Shown here: positions 1 through 9,138 of the stretch, one piece after another
How the letters are laid out: each line of letters begins with the position of its first letter
How positions within the stretch are numbered: the stretch's first letter is position 1
Virus record (IMG/VR): IMGVR_UViG_3300033074_000984
DNA from: a virus
Lineage: Duplodnaviria; Caudoviricetes
Direction: 5' to 3' (one strand)
DNA length: 64,000 bases
Program-made: the position numbers and the translations under genes
The notes under the pieces: generated by a model
Database searches by the model: none
What the model saw: the letters and a program-made list of their open reading frames with translations, nothing else
Told to the model about the DNA's origin: nothing

Positions 1-4
1 CGGC

Positions 5-250
5 TTGGCTGTCGCGCTCGCCGCTGTCTCTCTCGCCGCGTGTGGCGAGCACTCCCTCACCTCAGCCGAAATTGCTCAGGCGGAGCTCGGCGCACGCGAC
101 TTCGCGGCTCGCGGCGGCTACAACTTCCTCGGCTGCAGCGCCCTGGACTCGGACGGCGATCGTTACACGACCTGCAACCTGACCGACAAGAACGACAAGC
201 GCGTGGACATCGTCTGCGCCTACTCCGATCGCGGCTGCAAGATGAAGTGA
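5..250 (+). CDS. Putative small lipoprotein (5' end may lie outside the window)
   Basis: Hydrophobic N-terminus ending in a lipobox-like LAAC; Cys-containing mature part. Confidence 0.5.
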   Translation: MAVALAAVSLAACGEHSLTSAEIAQAELGARDFAARGGYNFLGCSALDSDGDRYTTCNLTDKNDKRVDIVCAYSDRGCKMK

Positions 251-255
251 CGACT

Positions 256-282
256 CGGGGCGGGCCGCGCAGGCCCGCCCCG
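256..282 (+). terminator. GC-rich intergenic hairpin (no U-tract)
   Basis: CGGGGCGGGCC-GCGCA-GGCCCGCCCCG, a perfect 11-bp stem right after a stop codon. Confidence 0.45.
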
Positions 283-299
283 CTCAACAAGGATAACAG

Positions 300-758
300 A
301 TGCCCCGAAAGTCAGTGAGCGCTACTCTAGCAGAGATATCTGCTGAGCCCGACGTAAACAGACGCATCGCCGCGCTCAGAGCTGTTCCAGCACTGACGCC
401 GCTCTTGCAAGGAGCGATGCATCCCGGTATCAAGTGGTTGATACCGGAAGGATCTCCGCCGTTTAGGCCAAATATGTTTCCGGACCAAGACAGCGCTCTT
501 TGGCAAGAGCTGAGGCGTCTGTACTTGTTCGTTGAGGGTGGTCACAAGACGCTCAGTCAGGCTCGACGAGAGTCGCTCTTCATTGACATCCTCGAAGCGG
601 TGAACACGGAAGACGCTGCCCTGATGATCGCCGCTAAAGACAAGAAGCTTCCATATCCAGGAATCACTCCCGAAGTGGTGCGAGCGGCCTTTCCTGGCCT
701 CCTTGGGCAGGACGAGCCCGCACCAAAACGAAGACGAAGAGGACAGAAGAGTGTCTAA
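300..758 (+). CDS. Conserved T4-like phage hypothetical protein
   Basis: Motifs WLIPEGSPPF, LWQELRRLYLF and KDKKLPYPGIT...AFPGLL resemble a family common in T4-like phages. Confidence 0.6.
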   Translation: MPRKSVSATLAEISAEPDVNRRIAALRAVPALTPLLQGAMHPGIKWLIPEGSPPFRPNMFPDQDSALWQELRRLYLFVEGGHKTLSQARRESLFIDILEAVNTEDAALMIAAKDKKLPYPGITPEVVRAAFPGLLGQDEPAPKRRRRGQKSV

Positions 759-1445
759 CGACCTTCTTGACTGGGCAGTCGTGCAATGGAAGCGCGAGGT
801 CGCTAACAGGCCGCTTCAGAACATTCACCGTCGTACGCTAGACGGCACGTGGAGGCAGATGGTGCGTAAGCTCGGCGGCGACGACCTCGAGCTTCTCGGT
901 CCCTGTCATGACGACCTGCTTGACGCGCAGGTGCGAGCTTGAGATGGGCAGGTGGCTGCCACCAACGGATCATGCAGAGTGGACCGAACGCAGGTGTCCA
1001 CGCTGCGGCTCGAGAGTAGTCGTAACCGGCTTCAGCGGTGCAGTCGCTGAGTGGTGCGAGAATCATCGAGGCTGGGTAGACGGGCTCGACAACGTGCAAG
1101 AGCCAGACACCGGACAGAGCTGTAACTACGTGCTGTTTGCAGGATAGTGACATGAGCAAGCACAGGTTCGAAGAAGACCACGAAGCTGAAGAGGACAAGA
1201 GAAGGACGCGCCGTGAGGACAGGATTCGCAGAGAAGCAAGAAGAAAAAGAGTCGTCCGAGAAGAAGACGCTGACTCTCGAGATTAGAGAGTCATTCATTC
1301 GCGCGATGGACGACGTCGCTGACATCTCTCTCATGAAGCTGATCGACGTCGCGGTCGCCGGCTCTATTCTTGCTGGAAGAGAGCCGGTCAAGCGCGTGGT
1401 TCTCACCATAGACATGGACGTTCCTAACGGAAGCGACTACCTCTA

Positions 1446-1676
1446 ATGGGAACCTTCACGTTTCGAGACAAGAGCACCGGAGAGGACGTCGTCATGACGA
1501 TGTCTATATCTGACGCTGAGGCCTTCGTCAAAGCCAACCCTCACATGGACTGGCTCTGCGGTGCACCGCTGCTTCACAGCGGTCGCGGCATGAAGAAGCC
1601 GGAAGACGGGTTCCGAGACGTCCTTCGTGACATAAAGAAGCGAAACGCCGGCGCCGACGGCATAAACACGTTTTGA
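1446..1676 (+). CDS. Small conserved T4-like protein (FmdB-like N-terminus)
   Basis: MGTFTFRDKSTGE...NPH...KKPEDGFRDVLRDIK pattern. Confidence 0.5.
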   Translation: MGTFTFRDKSTGEDVVMTMSISDAEAFVKANPHMDWLCGAPLLHSGRGMKKPEDGFRDVLRDIKKRNAGADGINTF

Positions 1677-1682
1677 GGTGGA

Positions 1683-1931
1683 ATGAGCACCGCTAACTGC
1701 GTATCTACAGACACCACCGCTTACTCTAGAATCGGTGAGTGGCAGACGTCTAGTCCCACGTGTCACCTGAGGTGGGTACCGAAGCTGATTCCTGGCGACA
1801 GTCGCCCGCGGTACGTGTTAGAGCAGCTGTGGGAGACGACGAACGTTTTTGGACACGTCGTCGCTGAGACCTGGCGAGACGTGCCGATAGAGCACCCTCA
1901 GCCGTTAGAGGGAGGTGCGGGAGTTGACTGA
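1683..1931 (+). CDS. Hypothetical protein
   Basis: GAGGTGG RBS upstream; tightly packed with neighbours. Confidence 0.45.
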   Translation: MSTANCVSTDTTAYSRIGEWQTSSPTCHLRWVPKLIPGDSRPRYVLEQLWETTNVFGHVVAETWRDVPIEHPQPLEGGAGVD

Positions 1932-2105
1932 TGGTGAAATCGAGGCTCTCGAAACTCGTATGGACACGGTGCTATCAATAGCACCGAAAGATGCGCTTGC
2001 TACGATCAACTTCAGCGCTGACGGGTTCAAATGCACCGCTGTGTTCAGCGTAAAAGAGCTTAGAAAGATCATGAGCGGCTACCAAGCTTACAAGGACCTC
2101 TGCAT

Positions 2106-2786
2106 ATGACCGGGCCAAAGTTCAGCCCAAGAGACAGGTTCATACTCGAGCTCCTACCGAAGCTCGACGGCGTGACTCGAGAGGACACGCCTGACGGCAG
2201 GTTCTATCGAGTTCCAAAGGATGACGGGACGAGCGGTCTCTATCCCAGCGTCACGACGGTGCTCGGGAGAACTGCAGACAAGAGGTGGCTCGATCGCTGG
2301 CGATCTCGAGTCGGCGATGTAGAAGCTGACAGGGTCTCGCACGTGGCTCGATCGAGGGGCAAGGCGCTTCACGAGGCGCTCGAGGCGTACGTCCTCAATC
2401 GCGACCTGCCGAGCATGATGCCTGACATAGCGGTAGACGTTGGCGCCGCTCGAAGAGCGCTTGACGTAGGGTTGACGCGAGTTTACGGCTCGGAGCACTT
2501 CCTCTACTCACACGAGCTCCGAGCAGCTGGCACGGCTGACCTGATAGGCCTCTGGGACGCCATGCCCGCCGTCATTGACTTCAAGACGGCTAAGGACGTC
2601 AAGCGAGAGGACGACATTCTTGACTACTTCATCCAAGCCACCGCTTACGCGTGGATGGTGGAGGAGCGGTACCAGATGCCGATCGTTAACGTCGTGATCT
2701 TGCTCATGAACGGATGTGCATGGCCACAGAAGATCGTTCGGCCAGTTAAGGACTACGTCAGTCTTGTACGGGATCGCTTCTCATGA
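2106..2786 (+). CDS. PD-(D/E)xK exonuclease (T4-like phage family)
   Basis: YPSVTTVL, RG..LH...E, AGTADLI, IDFKT and YFIQATAYA motifs. Confidence 0.85.
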   Translation: MTGPKFSPRDRFILELLPKLDGVTREDTPDGRFYRVPKDDGTSGLYPSVTTVLGRTADKRWLDRWRSRVGDVEADRVSHVARSRGKALHEALEAYVLNRDLPSMMPDIAVDVGAARRALDVGLTRVYGSEHFLYSHELRAAGTADLIGLWDAMPAVIDFKTAKDVKREDDILDYFIQATAYAWMVEERYQMPIVNVVILLMNGCAWPQKIVRPVKDYVSLVRDRFS

Positions 2787-3118
2787 ACATGGACCTCTCG
2801 ACTCTCTCTCCACGAGTCGCTCGGGCGGCGAAGTCAGCAGCGGCGCTGCTGTTGGGCGACAGAGCCAAGCGTATCGAGCTCAAGGCGCGAGCTCGTGGCA
2901 AGTCGCCAAAACTGTCCTATGACAGCACAGGACCCGCTCCGCCGGACAAGTTCCTGCTAGAGGTGCCCGCGCTCTTTACGGAGCAAGAGCAGGTGACGCA
3001 TCTCGTGTGCCACCTGGCGGACATAGCTCGCATACTCAATCAGTATAAAAAGGACTGGCTCGTGCCAGGAGTTGACATGTGGAGCCATGTCGTCGTAGAC
3101 GAGACCGAGGAGGAGTAG
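2783..3118 (+). CDS. Hypothetical protein
   Basis: ATGA overlap with the exonuclease gene. Confidence 0.5.
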   Translation: MNMDLSTLSPRVARAAKSAAALLLGDRAKRIELKARARGKSPKLSYDSTGPAPPDKFLLEVPALFTEQEQVTHLVCHLADIARILNQYKKDWLVPGVDMWSHVVVDETEEE

Positions 3119-3119
3119 C

Positions 3120-3884
3120 TTGCCACCAAAACTGCCGCTACTAGAACCGATAGCGACGAAGGACTTGTCCGCGCTTCGTGAAGCGGCCGCTCTTGCGAAG
3201 CAGCTCAGGACAGAGCTGCTTTACGCGACGCAAGAGGGAGTGACTCCTAAAGAGCTGGACTCTCTCGCGTCAGACTTCTGTAAGCGATCTGGCGCCAGGG
3301 CCGTCCTAAAGGGCTACAACGGGTATCCTGCAGCGATATGCGTTTCAGTGAATGACGCCGTGCTGCATGGGGTCCCCAGCGCGCGGCCGTTCAGCAGGGG
3401 CGACGTCGTAACGGTGGACCTCGCACTCAAACTCGGAAGGATGCACGCCGACTGTGCAGCCACGAAGGTGATAGGAGCCGGCTCTAGAGACGTCGAGAAG
3501 CTCGTGCAAGTCGCGCGTGGCGCAACTGACGCTGGAATAGCAGCGTGTAAAGCGGGGTCTCGAGTGGGTGACATCAGCGCAGCTATAGAGTCATACGCCA
3601 GGTTCCATGAACACTTGTTCATTAGAGAGTTTGGCGGACACGGCATCGGCCGGCGGCTGCACGCAGAGCCGACAGTGCTGTCGTTTGGCAGAGCAGGTAC
3701 AGGCGAGGTGCTCGTAGAGGGTCTGACGCTCACTATCGAGCCCGCTCTAGTAACCGGCGGCTCGACGTGGCGACTCGACGATGACGGCTGGACCATAAGG
3801 ACGGTCGACGGAGGCTTCGGAGCCCAGTTCGAGGAGATGGTATACATAGGCCCGAACGGACCAGAAGTTCTTACGGGAGACTGA
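3120..3884 (+). CDS. map: Type I methionine aminopeptidase
   Basis: GY.GYPAAICVSVN..VLHGVP, TVDL...HAD, GGHGIG..LHAEP, TIEP and QFEEMV: all five metal ligands (D,D,H,E,E) present; TTG start after GGAGGAG. Confidence 0.92.
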   Translation: MPPKLPLLEPIATKDLSALREAAALAKQLRTELLYATQEGVTPKELDSLASDFCKRSGARAVLKGYNGYPAAICVSVNDAVLHGVPSARPFSRGDVVTVDLALKLGRMHADCAATKVIGAGSRDVEKLVQVARGATDAGIAACKAGSRVGDISAAIESYARFHEHLFIREFGGHGIGRRLHAEPTVLSFGRAGTGEVLVEGLTLTIEPALVTGGSTWRLDDDGWTIRTVDGGFGAQFEEMVYIGPNGPEVLTGD

Positions 3885-3887
3885 CAC

Positions 3888-4391
3888 ATGCACGTGTACG
3901 TGCTTTATGGACAAGGCGGCGTCATAACGAGCTACGGCATGAAGCTCCTTGCAGAGGACGTCGCTCGACAGAACCCTCGAGCCGTAGTTGAGACGCGAAA
4001 CTGGGAAGACTATGAACGAGTACGCGACGAGATCAACAAGCAAGTCGGCACCACCGAGAGCTTCGTCGTCATCGGTTACTCTCTTGGCGCTAACGCTCTG
4101 GGCGCTATAGCTCAGGGCCTTAAGCGCGACGTCGCTCTCATGGTCGGGTACGACCCCTCCGTTTGGTCTCCCAGCTACCCGCTCACGTCTCGAGTGAAGC
4201 GCGCTATTCATTTCAAGAACCTCGGTTTCGACTTCTTTGGAAGGGCGGACATGCTCTCGGAAGAGGACGGGCCAAAGATCGAGGTGCACGGCGTGTATGA
4301 CGCTCACCTGGCGATATGTTGGGACAAGTCGCTGCACGCGATCACGCTCGAGGCCGTATCAGAGGTTGCTAAGAATGAGAGACGAAGTTAG
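3888..4391 (+). CDS. Small alpha/beta-hydrolase (GxSxG)
   Basis: VVIGYSLGAN nucleophile elbow, downstream YDPS, and a C-terminal His (DAHLAI). Confidence 0.65.
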   Translation: MHVYVLYGQGGVITSYGMKLLAEDVARQNPRAVVETRNWEDYERVRDEINKQVGTTESFVVIGYSLGANALGAIAQGLKRDVALMVGYDPSVWSPSYPLTSRVKRAIHFKNLGFDFFGRADMLSEEDGPKIEVHGVYDAHLAICWDKSLHAITLEAVSEVAKNERRS

Positions 4392-4626
4392 TGCGGCTGT
4401 CGCCGTACCAAGCGAGCGCGGCTACTACTTTTCAAGACTCGTCGACTCTGACGCTGAGGAGCATCATCGTGCGGTCTACTGGACCGGCGATCACTTCAGA
4501 GTGAACTTTAGCGCCAAGAACGCAGAAGTTGTGGGATGGCTAGCTTGCTCTTTTAAGAGCCAGCCCCTCTGCCAGAACTTCGGCCTCTACAGCCTCAAAA
4601 AAGACGGCTAGTCGAGCTTTTGAGGG

Positions 4627-4654
4627 TTTACTTCTGCCTCAGCTGTGATATAAT
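4627..4654 (+). promoter_or_regulatory. Sigma70-type early promoter
   Basis: (G)TTTACT ... TG-A-TATAAT extended -10; an ATG at 4661 follows directly. Confidence 0.65.
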
Positions 4655-4660
4655 GCTGCC

Positions 4661-4825
4661 ATGATCGACGCCACTCCCGATGAACTCTGGTGGGCCATTC
4701 GCCGCGCTAGTTGCAGCGACCCAGCCAAAGCGGTGCGCGTCGTGTTGTTCTCACGAGCTGACCTAGACAAGGCGCTCAAGCTTCTTAACTATGTGAAGGA
4801 AAAATCTAATGGCTCATGCGATTGA
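4661..4825 (+). CDS. 54-aa hypothetical protein, possibly leaderless
   Basis: Hand-translated MIDATPDELWWAIRR...; ATG 6 nt after the -10 box; not in the ORF track. Confidence 0.4.
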   Translation: MIDATPDELWWAIRRASCSDPAKAVRVVLFSRADLDKALKLLNYVKEKSNGSCD

Positions 4826-5783
4826 ACGGCTCGCTGACGGCACCTACTCCATGGCCTGGGCTGGCGACGTTCCCTGGCACGGTCTCGGTAAGAAGGTTCC
4901 GAGCGACCTCACGCCCGAACAGATGCTTCAGGCGGCCGGTCTCGACTGGGAGGTCGTAAAGGCTCCCGGCTTCGCTGACCTTAACGGCGAGCGCGTTGAC
5001 ATTGGTCGGTCGGCCCTCATTCGCACGAGCGACAACTCCGTGCTCGACGTCGTCTCGTCCGACTGGCACCCGCTCCAGAACGCAGAGGCGTTCGGCTTCT
5101 TCCATGACTGGGTCATGGCCGGTGACATGGAGATGCACACTGCCGGCAGCTTGCGTGACGGCAAGATCGTCTGGGCTCTCGCCAAGATGAAGTCGTCCGC
5201 GATCGAGCTCTTCAAGGGTCGTGACGTTATCGAGCCCTACATGCTCTTCACCAACCCGCACCAGTACGGCTGGAGCGTTGACGTCCGCCTGACCCCGATC
5301 CGCGTGGTCTGCAACAACACCATCACCGTCGCTCTCTCGAAGGGCACCGGCGCTGACAAGGTCGTTCGCGTCTCCCACCGCAACCAGTTCAACGCGGAGG
5401 AGGTCAAGGAGACCATGGGCATCGCTCACGACAAGCTGAATCGCTACGCAGAGGCTGCTGCGTTCCTCGGCTCCAAGCGCTACAAGGACGAGACGATGGT
5501 CGACTACTTCCGGGAGATGTTTCCCGGTGGCAGCTTCAACGAGGACGGCTCGCGCGAGCTGTCACGCACCGCGCGCGTCGCGACCGACATCGTCGAGACA
5601 CAGCCCGGCGCTGACGTCGCTCCCGGCTCCTTCTGGAACCTCTTTAACGGCGTCACGTTCCTCGTTGACCATCACGTCGGTCGCTCGACCGACACCCGCG
5701 TCGCCAACGCCTGGTACGGCGGCGCTCGGACGCTGAAGCAGAAGGCGCTGCGGCGCGCAGTTGAACTCGCGGAGGCGGCCTAA
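4809..5783 (+). CDS. DUF932 family phage/plasmid protein
   Basis: VPWHGLG, AGLDWEV, TAGSLRDGKIVWALA and TPIRVVCNNT motifs. Confidence 0.88.
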   Translation: MAHAIERLADGTYSMAWAGDVPWHGLGKKVPSDLTPEQMLQAAGLDWEVVKAPGFADLNGERVDIGRSALIRTSDNSVLDVVSSDWHPLQNAEAFGFFHDWVMAGDMEMHTAGSLRDGKIVWALAKMKSSAIELFKGRDVIEPYMLFTNPHQYGWSVDVRLTPIRVVCNNTITVALSKGTGADKVVRVSHRNQFNAEEVKETMGIAHDKLNRYAEAAAFLGSKRYKDETMVDYFREMFPGGSFNEDGSRELSRTARVATDIVETQPGADVAPGSFWNLFNGVTFLVDHHVGRSTDTRVANAWYGGARTLKQKALRRAVELAEAA

Positions 5784-5794
5784 CGGCCGCTCCC

Positions 5795-6049
5795 ATGGAG
5801 GCGAACATGGACCCCATTCAAGCGATCATCGAAGCGATCAACGAGAGCGTTCCAGACTTTGTCGATCGCTTCGTGATCTATGTCGCCCTAGCTGGCAAGC
5901 TGGGCGACGAGAACGAGCTGCTCGCCGCAGCTGCTAGCGACAACGCCGAGCTCGCCGCTGCAATCGTCGAGGCTCAGCGCATTCGTGCAGCGGGCAGCGT
6001 CGTGGTCGCTCTCGGAGCAGAGAGCCTCGTTGTCGAACAGCCGGAGTAA
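5795..6049 (+). CDS. Hypothetical protein
   Basis: ORF with GGAGG upstream of the second Met. Confidence 0.45.
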   Translation: MEANMDPIQAIIEAINESVPDFVDRFVIYVALAGKLGDENELLAAAASDNAELAAAIVEAQRIRAAGSVVVALGAESLVVEQPE

Positions 6050-6053
6050 AGCC

Positions 6054-6353
6054 GTGACCCCCTTCGCAGAGCTCTGTCAGAGCGTCGAGCGTCTCGTGAA
6101 CGACTTCACCGCCACCTTGAAAGAGGTCGAGCCTCAAGATCTCGGTCTCGACGAGCGTTGCGGCAAGCTCTACGTCTCGGACGAGACGATTGCTACGCGA
6201 AAGATTCGCGACAAGTCGCTGCGATACTACGGCGGCTTCGAGTACGTTGACGACTCTTATCGGATCGAGGTCAGTGACTGGGTCTTCTACCTCGCCATCT
6301 GCCCACGCGTCGGCGACCACCTCGAGCGCCTCCAAGTCAAGGAGGCTGCGTGA
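6054..6353 (+). CDS. Hypothetical protein
   Basis: GTG start after GGAG; LGLDERCG and LRYYGGFEYVD look like conserved phage motifs. Confidence 0.5.
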   Translation: MTPFAELCQSVERLVNDFTATLKEVEPQDLGLDERCGKLYVSDETIATRKIRDKSLRYYGGFEYVDDSYRIEVSDWVFYLAICPRVGDHLERLQVKEAA

Positions 6354-6566
6354 CAGAGGACCGCTGCTGTCGCACGTGCCTGTGGATCGAGCATCCACCC
6401 AAGGGACATAAAGAGCACAGGTTCTACAACTGCACGTACCCAATAGAGAGCATAAGCGTTCCAGACTCGCTTAAAGCGAGTCTCAGGGTGCCCTACGCTC
6501 GAGACTGGGTGCGCCTTTCAGACGGTGCAACTTGTAAGACGTGGGCACCGATGGTGCTAAGTTATT

Positions 6567-6610
6567 GAGTCCGCGTAACTATCTTTTTTAGTCGCGGACT
6601 CATTTTTTTA
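6567..6610 (+). terminator. Rho-independent terminator
   Basis: TGAGTCCGCG...CGCGGACTCA stem followed by a T7 tract. Confidence 0.8.
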
Positions 6611-6639
6611 TTGACAGAAGAGTCAAAAAGGCGTACCAT
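6611..6639 (+). promoter_or_regulatory. Sigma70-type early promoter
   Basis: TTGACA-N17-TACCAT. Confidence 0.75.
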
Positions 6640-6667
6640 CTACCCACGATGAACGAGGGAAACTGAC

Positions 6668-6829
6668 ATGCTGTACCACATCAAGACCCGTTCTCTTCGA
6701 CGCCTTGCTCTTGTGACCGTCGGTCCGTTCTTGGTCGTTGGACAGGTCGCCATCGACCTCAGCGTCGCTCTGGCGCAGTCAGTTAAAGACGTCGCACATG
6801 ACGTCGCTAACATCTGGACCATGGAGTAG
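6668..6829 (+). CDS. 53-aa predicted membrane peptide (paralog 1)
   Basis: Hand-translated MLYHIKTRSLRRLALVTVGPFLVVGQVAIDLSVALAQSVKDVAHDVANIWTME; GAGGGA RBS. Confidence 0.65.
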   Translation: MLYHIKTRSLRRLALVTVGPFLVVGQVAIDLSVALAQSVKDVAHDVANIWTME

Positions 6830-6833
6830 CTTC

Positions 6834-7163
6834 GTGACCTCCCAGACACACGACATCCACCAGCACGACTACGTGCTCTTTGACTCCTCCAAGATCGACG
6901 TTGAAAAGACGAGCCTTCGCGGTCCGTGCGGCGTCCTTCTTGTCACCGACGACGCTGTCTGGATCTACGGCGACTACTGTGACCTCGTGTTCGAGTTCGT
7001 TGAGCCCGTAACGCGCAACGGCGAGCCGGCTCTTGACGTCGAGGGCAACTGCATCATCGCCGTTCCACGCAAGTACGTGAAGGCGTGGCTCACCGAAGAC
7101 GAAGCGGTCACTGTGTGGCGCTGCATGGACGAGTCTGACCGACTTCTCTCTTACGCCCACTAA
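6834..7163 (+). CDS. Hypothetical protein
   Basis: GTG start after GGAG within the ORF-track frame 6738..7163. Confidence 0.5.
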   Translation: MTSQTHDIHQHDYVLFDSSKIDVEKTSLRGPCGVLLVTDDAVWIYGDYCDLVFEFVEPVTRNGEPALDVEGNCIIAVPRKYVKAWLTEDEAVTVWRCMDESDRLLSYAH

Positions 7164-7173
7164 GGAGGCGAAC

Positions 7174-7335
7174 ATGAAGACCAAGATCAGCCCGCTGCGT
7201 CGCACCGTCATCGCCGTCGCTTACGTCGCCGCCACCCCCGTCGTACTGACGATGGTGTTGACCGCGATCTTGCTCGGATTGAAAAACGAAGCTGTCGAGT
7301 GCTGGAAGCTCTCTCAGCGCAACCGCCGAGCCTAA
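7174..7335 (+). CDS. 53-aa predicted membrane peptide (paralog 2)
   Basis: MKTKISPLRRTVIAVAYVAATPVVLTMVLTAILLGLKNEAVECWKLSQRNRRA; strong TAAGGAGG RBS. Confidence 0.7.
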   Translation: MKTKISPLRRTVIAVAYVAATPVVLTMVLTAILLGLKNEAVECWKLSQRNRRA

Positions 7336-7348
7336 CGAGGATCGAGTC

Positions 7349-7513
7349 ATGAAGCTTCGCATCTGCAATATCAAGAGCCGAGGCTTGCGCCGGCTCGCTG
7401 TTGTGGCTTACGCAGTGTTTCTCCTGCCACTCGTTCTGTTACTCGCAGCTCTTCTCGCTATGCAAGAACAGATCGAGTGGTTCTATGACGCCTCCAAGAG
7501 CTACTGGAAGTGA
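7349..7513 (+). CDS. 54-aa predicted membrane peptide (paralog 3)
   Basis: MKLRICNIKSRGLRRLAVVAYAVFLLPLVLLLAALLAMQEQIEWFYDASKSYWK; GAGGA RBS. Confidence 0.65.
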   Translation: MKLRICNIKSRGLRRLAVVAYAVFLLPLVLLLAALLAMQEQIEWFYDASKSYWK

Positions 7514-7517
7514 CGCC

Positions 7518-8054
7518 ATGAGAGAAGAGTTCAAAACGTTCGCCGACCTGCCTCTCATCGAGAGAGCTCTCGAGGTGGCTAAGATCGCCCATGGCGATCA
7601 AAAGCGAAAGTACACCGACGAGCCCTACGTCACGCACTGCGTTCGTGTCGCGTTCACTGTGTTCGCGGTCGGCGCTCGTGACGAGCTGATCTCTGCGGCG
7701 CTGCTCCACGACGTCGTGGAGGACACGGACGTCACGCTTGAAGAGCTCGAGGAGCTGTTCGGCGCTGAGGTCGCCTCGCTGGTCGAGCAAGTGACTGACG
7801 TATCTCGTCCAGAAGACGGCAATCGCGCGGTTCGAAAGAAGCTCGACCGCGAACACCTGGCGCTGGCGAGCGCTGAGGGGGCGACGTTGAAGCTGGCTGA
7901 CCTGCTCGACAATCACAGCGACATCAGCAGGCGCGACCCAGACTTCGCTCGCGTCTATCGCTCAGAGGCTCGTCTCACCCTCAAGCTGCTACAGCACGGT
8001 GACAAGCGGCTGCTGTTCCATCTGTCATCGGTGCTGATGGGAGGCGAGAAGTGA
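7518..8054 (+). CDS. HD-domain small alarmone hydrolase-like protein (RelA/SpoT hydrolase, Mesh1 type)
   Basis: AHGDQKRK...EPYVTH, AALLHDVVEDT, FG.EVA.LV..VTD and KLAD.LDN motifs. Confidence 0.85.
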   Translation: MREEFKTFADLPLIERALEVAKIAHGDQKRKYTDEPYVTHCVRVAFTVFAVGARDELISAALLHDVVEDTDVTLEELEELFGAEVASLVEQVTDVSRPEDGNRAVRKKLDREHLALASAEGATLKLADLLDNHSDISRRDPDFARVYRSEARLTLKLLQHGDKRLLFHLSSVLMGGEK

Positions 8055-9136
8055 TCGCTCGTAGGGCGCGGCGGGCTCCGCAGAAGCGAGGGTCCGCCCG
8101 CTCTCGAGCAGAGAGCGTAGCGCTGAACGCGAAGTTCTACGGCAAGGAGCCGTCTGTAGAGGCGACGATGTCCGAGTCACACATCGGCGCCGCACTGAAC
8201 TGGTACTCTATGACGTGCGACGTCGAGCACGCTCGCGCGTTCCTCGACTCCGCTTTGGATAAAGCTCGAGCAGAGCGGATGCGCGCTGTCCCTGACGACT
8301 GGGTGCCTCGAACGGCTGCCTGGCTCCTTCGGTTACGCGACAGAGGCGTCTTGCTTCCGTCTCGAATGCTCGATCGGGCTGCCGGCTGGGTCGAGGAGGC
8401 CCTCTCAAAAGAGAGGCGGGCGGCAGTCGCGCGTCGGCCTCTCCAAGCAGGAAAGCCGTCAAGCGCAGCCAGAGAGGCTGCGGCCATGATCGAAGGCCGG
8501 CTTGACGACTGTGAGGAGACCCGAGCCTCGGAGCTTATCGGGACTTCACGCGCGACTGCTCAGTACCTCCTTGAGAAGTACTCTCCTCAGCTCGACGAGC
8601 TCGAAAGAGCGCTGACGAGCTCTGACGAGGAGGACGTGTTCCAGTTTCGGGGCTACTCTGCAGATGACATCGTGGGTCACCTCGAGAAGCTACGCTCTGT
8701 CGTGGAGGCGGCGAAGACCGCTCTCGCTGCGCCGAGGGAGCGTCCACCGGAGAGCATCGAGCGACGCGCGAAGCGCCTTCGGTGGTCGAGGAGGGACGAG
8801 GAGTCTGGCGTTGACGGAGCCAGCTCTATGGCTCTGCTCGGATCAGTCGAAGCGTGGGTGTACGACCCACGACGCAACGTCGTGTCAGTGTTTCGTGCTG
8901 CAAAGCCGAGCGGCCTTGACTCTCGCGGAACGAGCATCTTTGAGTTCGACGTCGAGACCAGCAAGGCCTACTCTTTAGGCAGAAAGAAGACGCGAGCCGA
9001 CACGGTCCGCGCAATATCAACGGCCCCGAAAGGGACGCTTAAGAAGATCGCTGCCGGCTTGAAGGAGACCAGACTGTCTCCAAGAACCAACAGCGAGTCT
9101 GTGTTCATTCGTGTTATCAAGAGAACAAGGAGCTGA
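8051..9136 (+). CDS. Conserved T4-like hypothetical protein
   Basis: ALNWY near the N-terminus; WVYD.RR and GTSIFEFD near the C-terminus. Confidence 0.55.
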   Translation: MIARRARRAPQKRGSARSRAESVALNAKFYGKEPSVEATMSESHIGAALNWYSMTCDVEHARAFLDSALDKARAERMRAVPDDWVPRTAAWLLRLRDRGVLLPSRMLDRAAGWVEEALSKERRAAVARRPLQAGKPSSAAREAAAMIEGRLDDCEETRASELIGTSRATAQYLLEKYSPQLDELERALTSSDEEDVFQFRGYSADDIVGHLEKLRSVVEAAKTALAAPRERPPESIERRAKRLRWSRRDEESGVDGASSMALLGSVEAWVYDPRRNVVSVFRAAKPSGLDSRGTSIFEFDVETSKAYSLGRKKTRADTVRAISTAPKGTLKKIAAGLKETRLSPRTNSESVFIRVIKRTRS

Positions 9137-9138
9137 GA

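Noticed and set aside
2106-2786. Cas4
   Set aside because: Lacks the four-Cys Fe-S motif; an ordinary phage PD-(D/E)xK exonuclease
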